The position numbers were made by a program, and so were the translations under genes. Source: Octopus bimaculoides (lineage: Eukaryota). Taken from it: DNA of 64,000 bases. The stretch covers positions 119,866,192 through 119,930,191 of the forward strand of contig NC_068982.1 of the NCBI RefSeq assembly GCF_001194135.2, written 5' to 3'. The notes under the pieces are model-generated. The model had not been told where the DNA came from, did not search any database, and saw only the letters and a list, made by a program, of their open reading frames with translations. Shown here in pieces: positions 26,074 to 38,329 of this stretch. Numbering within the stretch: the first letter of the stretch is position 1; the number at the start of each line of letters is the position of its first letter.

Positions 26074-28774
26074 CGTGAACTTATATTTACGCATTTATTT
26101 AAATATGGGGTTTATAATGACGAAGAGAAGTATACGTATGTATTACTTTCAGAGTAAATGTTATTTATCATTCACTCACCTCTGCACTCCCTCTCATTCA
26201 CTTCTCTCTTTCTCTATTTTCATACAGCAATATGTCTCTATGTCGTCATTTCTCTCTTGATCTATTATTATTTCTCTTGTAGAATTTATACCCAGTGCAG
26301 GATTGTATACGGTTTTGCTATCAGAGCAAGTAATAACCTATTTAATATTACTAACCAATGCATTCGAAAATAGAAGTCATTTTCTGAACACTTTCCGCGC
26401 CAAATGTTCTGCAGGATAAAACTTACTGTGTCTATCAATTTAAATCGGAACGAAAACCATTGAAGGCAAATCGTTGAAAGCCTCATTAATATCAGTAATG
26501 CATAGAGAGGAAGGTGATGTTCTGTAATATATAATCATTGTATAGCTTTGTCTTGGAAACCTAAACGAAAGTCTTAGATTTTCCATTTCTGTTTGGAGAA
26601 GTTACAATTTAGCCATAAACAACACTACCGGATTAAGTATCCTATAGTATCCTACCACAAAATAAAACAAGATTTTGACAGTGAAATTTATGACTTCTTT
26701 TTTACTCCTTTCATTTTCATTTTTCCCTTTCAGTTTTGTATTGCCTCAAATGACCTGCAACAATTTCGTTAGTTTGCAATTCAGTGATCCGTTACTGTGT
26801 GTTTAATGTCTCCATGTTACAGCACGTTGACTTAAGAATATTGCCAAAAATCTGTTCTACGAATTTCATTGTGTCAATATACTTTAGTTTACAGAACTAT
26901 AAGAAATGATTAGTAGATTTACCATTAAATGTTTCCTGAGATAGACTAGCAACTTGTACATTGAATGTTGAGTATCTCTTAATCGTACTGGATTTATGCC
27001 TGCATACATAGCGTCATTACCATTATCGGCAATTACTATGTCATAAAATCTTTTTCGAAATGAGTGAGTCCAAAATTTTGAGTCTGTGAATAACAAGTTC
27101 TAATCTGTAACTTCTTAGTTTAATCTCAACGAGCTTTATATAAGGTATCTTGAAACCAAACGTCTTCAATATACAATTTCGTGTAATATTTTCTGCACAT
27201 TTTGAATATCACATTTCCCATATTTCATAAGTTAAGTTATGCCATTGATATCGTTCACATCTGACCATATGATTAAGAAGGGATGCATTTCCTCTTGAGT
27301 GGTATACTAGCTCTGTAGCCCAGTTCAACAGCACTATCTGGCACCCTGAACTTTCGCTTTGTTGAAAGTATTCAGACAAAGTCTCTGTAGCCTGTATTAA
27401 AACCAGTGTTCTTCTTCGCTTTCTCCACTAATCTGCGCGGTCATGTAATAAAGCATCATTGGCGATACCAATCCTCTTAAACCAAGCCTCAAAACCTCAA
27501 AACAGAACTTCTTATCGCTCGTCCAGGTTCTTTATAATTTCTATTACGTTTCTTTCTAGTACTATTGATGTTTTATAGGAATAGAGTCACTACTATTTAG
27601 CAGGTACTTTATTTAATCAACCCTGAAAGAATTAAATATAGTACACTTTGAAGTCCTTCTCCGAGCAGAAACCAACGGAGTCTTCTTAGTGATATAAGAG
27701 GACTTGTTAAGTTCATTAGACAACATATGGGAAGGGAAACTTTGAACATTTGGTGATAACTAAGGAATTGATGGAAAGAAACGGTGAAAACAGAAAATAA
27801 TTAATGGATTTACAAGTTGATTAGAGAAAGACCGGATCAATAACTAAGTAATGAGTGAGGCAGGAAGGGTAGCGATCCATGTTCGTCGATACGTGTACAC
27901 ACAGAACATGAAGTGGGAGGAGGTATCGATGAACCTGATAAACACCAGTTACTTTAACTTGCTTCCAATTTTCTTGGGAAGACAATTCACTCCATTTATG
28001 CAAATTTGAGGAATCACTAAAGAAATTAAAAGCTAGATAAAGGTAAACGACCCGAAAGCTAGTATTGTAAAGATTATTAGATTTCGGCAAATTGGTTTAA
28101 TTCTGTCTATCGTCAAATTTACTGTTAATTACAATGTAACATTTTTCGTGCAACCTTTCGCTCTATGAAATGTACAAGACAAATGTTGATGAGCAGAAAA
28201 TGCATTTTAACAGCGTGGGACGCCTCTTTTTTAAACTTATTGAAGAAAAGAAGAAATGCAGTTATGTGATAATGAAAATGAGAATATGAAGTGGGCGAAT
28301 TTGGCTGAGCAGCACACATTGACATTTAAACTTCAATTTATTTTGAAATGAATGAAGTATCAACTTCACTCGTGTCAAGGTAGATTGATCGGTTTCATAC
28401 CATGAGGAAGAGCTGAGGATTGTAAAATTTCTAGAATGAAGATAAAAGAAAGAAAACATGTATCAGGTGAACTTCGATGTGAGTAAATCTTAGCTGAATA
28501 GTTCACAGCATTCGGAGCTCTTGAAAGTTTTGAAAGAGAAAGAGCTACAGCGAAGGCAATGCGTCTGTCAGTCAGTTCATAGTACATGCCTGTTGAGTTA
28601 ATCTTTACGAGTCTGATGGAACTTCATTGGGGATATTCAATGTCTGTATATGTAGCAGCAAGAACATCCTAGATTAGAAATTTAATGTGGGTTATACTTG
28701 AGATTAGTAGAAAATCAACTGACCTAGTCTTAAAGAAAAGATACATTTTTGCCAACATCATATGATAGGTGAAG

Positions 28775-28890
<116 letters not shown>

Positions 28891-29397
28891 TATGTTTTTA
28901 TCACTAGATCTATCATTTACAGAGCCCATACAGAGAGTGTAGGGGAGTGTAAGTGAATTTGCGAAGGATATAGCTTAAATATGAACTGCACTTGTTATTT
29001 TAAGATAAACACTATTTTAAAAAGCAGTGAGTTAAATTAAAGCGTTCGGTACTTTACTGATTCATTTGTTATCCTTTGTTGTGGCTCATTATTTTTTGTA
29101 ATTTTCTATTGTGTTTTAAATTTTGCATGATTTAATTTTGATGCTGTGCGTCTTCTTATTTTGTATTCAAGCAATTCATGAATTGTTCACTTTTTATTTC
29201 CTTTCATTATCAGCTGCTTTTGACATTTGGATTGGAGATGTGCACGGTTTATTCTGTTATTCATCTGCACTACGAGATAAGAGAAAGAAAAAATTAATGG
29301 TTTTACATGTTTGTCGAACTTCATTAGGTTTCATTTGTTTTCAGTTTTTTCTCAGAAACTAAGTGACAATCAGAGAAATGTGATTAGAATAAATAAC

Positions 29398-29421
29398 TAT
29401 TTCTTTATTGGCCACAAGGGT
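29398..29421 (-). mobile_element. 24-bp tail-only retro-insertion
   Basis: Minus strand acccttgtggccaataaagaaata, flanked by a perfect 14-bp direct repeat ttagaataaataac at 29384-29397 and 29422-29435. Confidence 0.85.
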
Positions 29422-30467
29422 TTAGAATAAATAACAAAATCAATTAACAGTTCATAAATCTATAATTTGAAACATGAGTTAAAATGGAACAAATGAATTG
29501 TATTAGCTTTTGCTTGAATATTTATAACATGATTATATTTTAACTTCATACAGAAAGGTTCTTAAAATTCCAAAACATTCAAAACTGGGAACAATAAAAA
29601 CATCTCAGAATAATTGATTTGTATAGGGGTATCCAAGTTTATTCGGTGTTTCATCTCTAACGTGTTAACATAACACAAAAAAATTACTTTCTACGATTTA
29701 GCTGTGTTTGCAAAGAAAGTTCCATATGTGGTTTATTGCGAAGAAAATTATAGGTAAAATAATTCAGTGGACACAGTATGACAGAAGCGCTATATGTGTC
29801 ATAATGGTAGATATTAAATGTTATAAAGGATTAATTTCTTTGCCAGACTCATACAAACAGCCAACAAAATTTAAGATACATTTAGCAGGTCGTTTTCTGT
29901 TTGCATAGTTCATAGAAAAGCTTCCAGTTTCACAAAAGCAAATTTCAGATGCAGTGAAGCTTCCCATTACTATTACCTTCCAGCATTTTAGTGCAATTGC
30001 TGTGAGTAATGTACTGTCTATTTTAGACACCGATAAACCGGAGCGATGAACTTCATTTCTCAACTAAATTCATTTTGATTCACTTACTTTGCTACTGCTG
30101 AAAGTAAGTCATAAAGATTTTAGCATATCCTTTCGTGCTTTATGTAAATTGGGGTGCAGGTTATGTACCTGGTTCATATCACATCTTACAGGGGTCAAAG
30201 TGACATTATGATTCTCATTGAGATTTTCACAAATCGGATTCGATTATTCAACTTATATGATGATTTTTTTTATACTATCATACGTCCACAAATGTTTAAA
30301 TTAAAAGTAAAGTCACATGAATAGACCCCTTGTATAGTTCCTCTGTACCAAAAATAAGGCAGTTACTTATTTTTGATCGACCGTGCATCAGGGAAAAGCA
30401 ATGATGACCTCAATAGAATATTCTTAACTCAGAAATTATTCGAATGTCAAATATATAACCACATACA

Positions 30468-30870
30468 TTGCCAGCGCCCCTGGACTGGCTCTTGTGCGGG
30501 TCGCACATTAAATACACCATTTTGAGCGTGGTCGTTGCCAGTACCGCCTGACTGGCCTTAGTAGGATTTTCGAGCGAGATCGTTGCCAGTACCCCCTGGA
30601 CTGGCTCCTGTGCAGATAGCACATAAAATACACCATTTTGAGCGTGGCCGTTGCCAGTACCGCCTGACTGGCCTTCGTGCGGGTGACACGTAAAAGCACC
30701 CACTACACTCTCTGAGTGGTTGGCGTTAGAAAGGGCATCCAGCTGTAGAAACTCCCAAATCAGATTGGAGGCTGGTGTTGCCATCCGGTTTCACCAGTCC
30801 TCAGTCAAATCGTCCAACCCATGCTAGCATGGACAGCGGACGTTAAACGATGATGATTATGATGATGATA
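30468..30870 (+). mobile_element. Non-autonomous retroelement/SINE 3' part with internal ABAB repeats and (GAT)n tail, probably RTE-related
   Basis: Four units starting (g)ttgccag(t/c); then gttggcgttagaaagggcatccagctgtagaaac and aaatcgtccaacccatgctagcatggacagcggacgttaaacgatgatgat. The RTE affinity is from memory and needs a library search. Confidence 0.65.
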
Positions 30871-32199
30871 CATTCACATGTTAAATACACTCAACAGATA
30901 GAAAAATTGTCACAACTTCCTATTTCTTTTCTCACATAAATTTTAGCAACTTACATGCCTGTAATTTCGCTCGTGGTATATTCGAGTAGGTGCAATTACA
31001 CTGACTTGTCACTTGATATAGACTTATATGACATAAGGATTTTAAGATATATCTATGAAACAGCGTCTTTATGACAGATAAAACATAAAGCATTTACGTC
31101 GTAGCAACCAGTACAGAAACCTATGCGTGATCATGCGTCTTCATACAAACAGTCGACGAATCTCAATAGTATCAAACTAACTTTTCAAAAGAGACGGACA
31201 CATTGACTAATATAGTCTAATATGCACTATTTGATTAAGTATGAATGGTTATCATAACTGATTTTTAGTTAGATAATAATAACAAAACACAGAATCTTCA
31301 GAATTCGCCCAATGTTCCAAAGAGTTGTCTTCACTAATTTATTATTAGCAATTAAATTTATATCGAGGAAAAGCCATTTTAAAGATATAACAACAGCACT
31401 CAAAGCTGTCATAATCTCTTTTCGCTTATATTTAAATATGTCAAATATTTCGTCTGACTTTTGTGGCCTAGAACTCTTCTAAATTGATTGAAATTGAGTT
31501 ACTAGCAATTTTCTATACGCTACAGTAGGTCTTCTTCTTCTAAGAGAAACTTTAGATTTCAGGGTCTATTGTATCGTTGCTGTCTGTACTTTTGTTACAT
31601 GTTTTTTTTTTGTTTTAATCGCGATTAGGTTCGAGTCTTTGTTTTGATTCTATTACTGTATTGTATAGTTAAAATGCCATTGGGTAGAAAATTAAATTAG
31701 TGCTCTAATAACCGTTGGGTGTACGTACCTTAAGGACGGTGAAACAGCCATATTTACAATAAAATCGCTGAAAGAATAGCTTCACAGTCTTTTTACGGTA
31801 CAGATAAAAATATTGAGAATAAAATCAGAGATCACGAGAACACTCTATATTATGAACACGCGCATGAAACAGCTAGAAGCTATTCTGGTCAATGAGTTTA
31901 GAACATCATCTAACTCCATGGCACCAGTAAGTCGCTACTTCAATAATGCGTTATCTAGCTGCAAATAGCGCCTACTTTTGTTTCGTCATGTGACCTCATT
32001 CCACTCAGCCTTATCTCAGAAATTCGGACTTCTCTACAACAGGTAGATACTGAAAAACATGTCAGAATTTGAGAACATTGTCAGTTATAAATGTTCAAAA
32101 CACGCTCCGACGAAACTCACAATACGCTCCCAATGAAGAACAAACTCTCATAAGAAGAATCGTAAAGATTCAATATTAAAACATCAAGCATTTAAGATA

Positions 32200-33060
32200 C
32201 TACCACCAACAACATCCACATTTAACGGAAAGAAGGAAGCTTGCATTAAAAAAATATCACCTGCAGACAGCTGGGAAACCTACAGCGACTATCAAAGATT
32301 TGCAGAGGAAAACTGGGTAATCCAAAAAAAATCAGACAGAACCCAAAAGTGTTCAATTCATATGCCAACAAACATAGGACCGTTGTCCCAACCGTTGGGT
32401 CCTTGATAGATGATAACAGAATTCTCTGTCATGATTCTAAAGAAATGCCAGAAGTACTATAGAAACAATAGTGTTCTTTCCTTACTGATCCCTCTGATAT
32501 TGACGCAAGGGATGTAAACGAAACCAAACCCCAAATATTATCTCTGACATGATATTACTGCTTCATATATCATTGCAACAGTAAAGGAAGTATTATTTTG
32601 CTGCCCACTAATGTCCTTAAGGAAAGCAGACACGAACTTGCAACTCCTCTAACCAACCTCTGGAGAAATTTTTTCGACTCAGACTATGTACCGAAACAGT
32701 ACTTATCCCAATCTGTCACCCTGGTCTTTAAAAAGGGAAACAAGTCCCTTGCAGTTAACTATCACCCAATCTCTCTCAACTCCCATATCATCAAAATGTG
32801 TCAAACAGTGGTGAGATCAAGTATAACTGGTTTCATGGAGAAGCACAACCTCCTACATTTCAGCCAGCGTGGTTTTCACTGCGGCAGGGAGTGCCTAACA
32901 AGCGTTTACATCATAACGACGATGCCCTAAAAGCTTTGATCTCATGTTCAAACTCTGATGTCAAATATATTGACTTCAGCAAAGCGTTCGACAGAGGTGA
33001 CAACAATATGCTCTTGTCAATATTGTCCAACATTTGAATCCGTGGTAAACTGCTATTAGA
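32200..33060 (+). mobile_element. CR1-clade LINE reverse-transcriptase fragment (pseudogenised)
   Basis: IRQNPKVFNSYANKHRT, LATPLTNLWR, VTLVFKKGNKSLAVNYHPISLNSHIIK, QRGFHCGRECLT, YIDFSKAFDRGDN. Confidence 0.88.
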
Positions 33061-33594
33061 AGATAGCTGCGCAATGTGCCGCGCAAGGTGTCGAATTAGA
33101 AACCTTAGGGCATGTCTGAAAAGTACCTCATATGATAACTTAAAACATGTAATTTAGCTTAGCTCTGATATTTTAGGAACACGAAATAGGTTTTAGATGA
33201 TATATTCTTTAAAACGCAGAGAAATCTCCAGGCTTTGTTATTTATTTAGAATCAGCGAAACATATCAAGTAGTATTCAATCATATATCTTTACATTCGGA
33301 GTTCTAATGCTGTCGTAGTTAACTTTGCTTTTCATTTTACTTGGATCGATAAAGCAAAATGCCAGTCAGATGTTTAGTCAATTTATTTCCTGTTACAAAA
33401 ATACAATATATCCTGTTTCGTTGCTCTCTCACAAATCATCGTTATTACATCATCATTAGTAATTTGCTAATTACGTATTCTTGTTTATCATAGCAGAGTC
33501 AACAGTTGCCTCATGGTTATTTCAAAGCAAACCATCACATTCTATTAGTCCTATATTTTGTTTTCATAAACATCTTTAGCTTCACCAATGTAGG

Positions 33595-33617
33595 CATCAT
33601 CATCATCATCGTCGTCG

Positions 33618-33651
<34 letters not shown>

Positions 33652-33830
33652 TATCGTCATCATCACCACCATCATCATCGTCAGTATCATTACCATTATG
33701 TTAATTCCGCCCTAGCATAGGCACTAATATAATCGTAATCATCATCATCTCTAACTTACACCGTTACCATGATCACCATCACCTACAATTTTATCATCAT
33801 TATTGTCATCTCCATCGTAATCATATCAAA
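33595..33830. repeat. Degenerate (CAT)n microsatellite
   Basis: Directly visible. Confidence 0.9.
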
Positions 33831-35559
33831 TTAGCAACGTTAAGATACCACAAGGTGATATTGATGATGCTCAATACAAGAATGATTGCCCAAATTTCTT
33901 TAATAATTCTAAGTTTCTTGCAAAATTAATAATGGCAGTTTTCTGAATATTTTAACGATCTTTCATTAGATGCCAATTTATAATTATTTCTAAAAATTTC
34001 GATATTTTTGTTAGCTTTTCTAACACAAAATAAATTTCAGACATTTTAAGATTTAATATCAACCTCACTTGATCCTACTACCTGTCGATATTTCCGCTTT
34101 CTTTCGATCTGAGCCTGCTCTCTACGTAATGCCAAAATTACTTATTAGCGTGTGACATATTTTCATTATTAATTTCGCGTTACATCCGACCATTATCCAT
34201 CTTAAAACTGATGCCCTAGAGTAGTAATGTCCTATGGATATTTTATTGCTTGGCCTGAGGGACAACTGACCTGAATTACAACAACTGCTTAAAAGATCAT
34301 TAGAATTTAAGTCTGGTGGGCATTCTCATATTGATGTACATATGTTTCTTACTGACTTACAGAACAAATCTCACTTAAGTTTGCTTCTTCCAAATTGTTT
34401 TTTAAACTCTCTTCCTGATACTCATTACATGCTAATATTATCAAAGGTAACCAGGTACCCTATACTTTTCCTACAGCTAGATAGGAACACCAGGCAAATA
34501 CCCTGCAATTATACTGTAATGGTTTCTATAAGGGAATGGTACATTGAAGATTTCAGTCGCAAAGGACAAGAAAAGGAAGGAATGGTAACGACTGAAAATC
34601 TTTTAATAATATGCTTGTTCTGTCATCGGTAAACTGTGCTAAATAGCATGTAATATAGTAGGTGCCATACCTAGCATAACTTGAGCAGCTTACAAATGCT
34701 GTCGAGCATGGTGATGAAAGAATTCTGACAAACTAAATGGTTGATTGATTGATTGACTGATCATCTGATCGACCGATTAGTTAAGCAGTCCTAATTACTT
34801 AATTTGTTGTCTAGTTAAAACAAAAAATCAAATAAAATCCGTGCATATGTTTTAATTACCAAAAATTACCAAAATTACACCTCCCAAATTAAGACATCTG
34901 CTTCTACACGCGGTTTGACACGAGGAATCTTTTAAAACTAATACGAAATCGAAACTTGTGGTATATATACACATTTATTTGTCATAAATATTGTTAATCG
35001 TTTCCAGACACCATATATTTCACGAAAGTGACCTTGTTAATTGAACATTATTTAACCCAACCACAAAACCGAAGCATGTGTCATATATGTACTAAATGTT
35101 CATTACATAAATGTGTATTATAGATGTGTAACATATACAAAGCATTTTCATATTGTTATGAAAATTGTTGTGCATATTCGAAGTCAAAACACCCAAATAT
35201 TATGTTAAAACGCATCAGAAAAAAAATGCGTTTCCTAATTAGTGTACCAATCACAACAGACGACGAAGAAAATTGTGACACTATCCAAATATAAAGTTCT
35301 CAAAATAGACATAACAAGAATGTGGACATTGGAATGAAAACCACGTGAAGTTTGGGAACAGGTGCCGTCGCAGTGCTTTGCTGCTTTCACCACTTATCGG
35401 TATATTCCCGCGTCCGGCCTGGTGACCCGTCGAGCAGAGTCCCTGTCAGCTTCCTTCTCTGCCAGAGAGACCTCCTCATGAGCCGCCAACCCAGCTGGAT
35501 ACTCAGTGAAGAGAATACAGTAAGCAAGGTCTAAGAAAATCAAACAACATGGTCAAATA

Positions 35560-36930
35560 GTCTGCCCCCAAGCACAAAAGTGAGCGAGAGCTAACCGACG
35601 GCGAAAGTTGTATTTACTCTTAAGAAAACAGTTTGCGGTGCTATATCAAGGATGCTGTAGAACCTCTACTGGTTCAGATGGGAATATCTCGTATAGTCAG
35701 AACAGATACTGAGTTAGGGACAGGGGATCTCAAAGTAAAAATAAAATGTAAAGAGGACGAAAGTAGATGTAATGGAAAATCATGTACGGACAGTTCGCGG
35801 AAGGTATACAGGAATACATATGCCGATGAAAGATAACACTGGTTAAGAACGAACGACGTGAAGTCAGTGAGAGAAGCTTTTATCTGTACCACGCAGTAAC
35901 AAGCACTTGAGATAAATTATACCAAGTGCGGAGTTGAAAATACAGAAGAAAGTAACAAATGCAGAAAGTATCAATACAGCAGAAAGAAACAAGGTGAGTC
36001 TGCATGGCGTATTTTGACTGAATTCACTAAGCTGTCCGAAAATGAATACAACAGAAGACACGATAATGCCGCAAGAAATATTGATTGGCAAATGTGTGGC
36101 AATTATTGATTGAATAGTGCAAAGAAGTGTTATGGGCAAACCTCAGAAACAATAGTCGAAAATGAAAGGGTAAAGATACTGCAAGATTTGATTATCCAAT
36201 GTGATCATGAACCTGAACCGGAAAACTGGTTATAGAGGTTATTTCATACAGAGGCAAAACATGCTTAACCATGGATATCAAATGTTCTGCTGATGACAGA
36301 ATGTAGGAAAGCGAAGGAAAGCAGGTCAGATGTGATGATTTGAAATTAACGATAAAGAGAATGAAGTCATCGGGGAGTGGCACAAGAAATTATAGATGCC
36401 ACGGATAAGAAAGTATAAGAGATGATATACCAAGGTAGAAAGTCCCTGAACCAGATGGTGTTCAGAGTTTCAGTCACAAGAATCTCCTAAGTATGCACAG
36501 TTATATATGGCCATTTTTAATTGCTTGCATTATAAACGGAATATCAGAATGGATGACAATGATTGTAGGAGCACTTGGAATGATCAAAAACAGAACTGAA
36601 AATTATTTAAGAATTATCCTTGTCTTAGTATTCATGCAGAAAGTGCAAAAGATTGTCTTAACTGGTGGTACGTCACATGTTTTAAGAAGAGCATTGTCGT
36701 TGCGATTTTTTTCCTTTTCTCCCTTTTATTTTCTGTTTACTATTTTTTTTTTAACTTTTTCTCTCTGTGTTCTCCTTTATCTCTATCACATGGCTTTGTA
36801 AATGAACATTCTGGTGTGCTTATGTCAATGAATTATGTACGTTTCTCTGCCCTGGGTGTCAGGGAGACACTCGGCAAGAAATGGAAACAGAATTGAAAGA
36901 AGATGATAATGAAAATGATAATGTGTTCGC
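35560..36930 (+). mobile_element. 3' half of decayed RLE-type (R4/Dong-like) LINE
   Basis: ENSLRCYIKDAVEPLL, WLRTNDVK, EYNRRHDNAARNIDWQMCG, ENERVKILQDLIIQCDH, IVGALG, VQKIVL...HVLRRALS; 3' UTR ends in gatgataatgaaaatgataat. Confidence 0.8.
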
Positions 36931-37019
36931 ATTAGACGGAAGAAGAGAGGAATGTTGATAAGGAACAAGTAAAAAAAGAGAAAGGGAGAAAGAAACTGGA
37001 ATGATTAAAATAAAGTATT

Positions 37020-37720
37020 TAAGATATATAAAATTCGTTGGTTAAAGCAGGTTAGAAAATTCACGAAAGAAGCGAATCTGGTCGCATGTGCTGCCTTTAC
37101 AAAGACCAAATAGTTTCCACGCTGGTTGTCGTATAAAAACAAGAAAAATACCGAGAGAGATGTGATGGAATGAAGAGAAACAAGGACGAATATAATAAAC
37201 TGTATTGTGCGTATTTTGTGTATCCGGAAAACTATTCAATATAAGACTCTCTGTTGCAGACTCAAATGTCATATCCTCATTCCTAAGAAAATTTCTCTAA
37301 ACAGATGACTGTGACCTCTTTGATCGCTCCCAAGAAGACACACAACATATTATAGACCCATTTCCAATGCATGCTCTGCGCTAGGCCTGATAATGTCTTA
37401 TATCAGCCTGCCCAAGGTGGGCTACATTTGAAAACAGATATACGAGTGCATGGTTGGAAGCTCGAAGTTGCAGATAGGTTTGTGCATCTTGGCAACAGAT
37501 TTAGCATATAATGAAGCATGTGAATGAAATCTCGTTTCCAAACAGTAAAACCAGTAATGCTTGGAAAAAGGTCAGTTGTCTCAACGTAGTATCTTTACTG
37601 ACTGTAAAGTGAAGATTTATATTGCTGTCTCTTCGAGGTCTCTTAAAGATTTTTCTCGTATGGAGTACATATACATAAAAAGTAGTTTCTCCCAGATACA
37701 GCACCCGAGCAATATATGCA
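37020..37720 (+). mobile_element. RTE-clade LINE reverse-transcriptase fragment
   Basis: DDCDLFDRSQEDTQHIID, HGWKLEVADRFVHLGNRFS, SQRSIFTDCKVKIYIA, matching RTE RT/thumb motifs from memory; frameshifted. Confidence 0.75.
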
Positions 37721-38329
37721 TACAAATGTAAACATATGTACGTAAAAATGTAAACACTGCAATATTTCTATACGAAAACTACAAACCTGTGGGCAAAATT
37801 TTAAATTTTAAATTACTTATACTTCCATATTTATACAAGACTTCTATATATATGCACATTGCTGTTTCTTCTCGGTCTCTCGCATATACATCAATAATAA
37901 TTATAACTACGGAAGAAAAATCAACACACGTTCATGGGTTCTTTTCAGTTAAAAAAGGAAAGGCTGTAAAAACGTACCCGGAACCGATAACAAAACGAAG
38001 CAAATGAGAAAGAACGGTGGACAGATAACCATAAATACTATGAAATAGTTGATTCATGATTTACATACGCTCCTACGCAGCACTCCTCTAAAAACATACA
38101 GGAATAAACCCATACTACAAATACCCAACAAAATTAACAGAGCCTACACCATGTACCATAGAATGCCGATACCCGACAGAAGAACACAACCTGTGCTGCA
38201 CAAACAACACATGATACAAAAACTAATACAACAGATGACTCAAGCCAAACCCCGTAACAAATCATACTGATAGAATACAATACCCCCACCAAACATATCA
38301 ACCTACCAGCACAAAGGTGCAAAAATGAT

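Noticed and set aside
28375-28640. Possible second Helitron fragment (RIAFAVALS; INSTGMYYEL)
   Set aside because: Only two weak motif resemblances, not in convincing spacing.
29430-30060. Possible LINE body upstream of the tail motif at 29398-29421
   Set aside because: The 14-bp direct repeat closes the insertion at 29421, so the adjacent sequence is flank.
30468-30700. CRISPR-like array (hairpin repeats with spacers)
   Set aside because: Spacers are not unique (1 resembles 3), there are only four units, no cas genes, and the context is a eukaryotic retroelement with a (GAT)n tail.
34478-34590. Possible exon after cttttcctacag (LDRNTRQIPCNY...)
   Set aside because: Several weak alternative donors, no homology, no partner exon.
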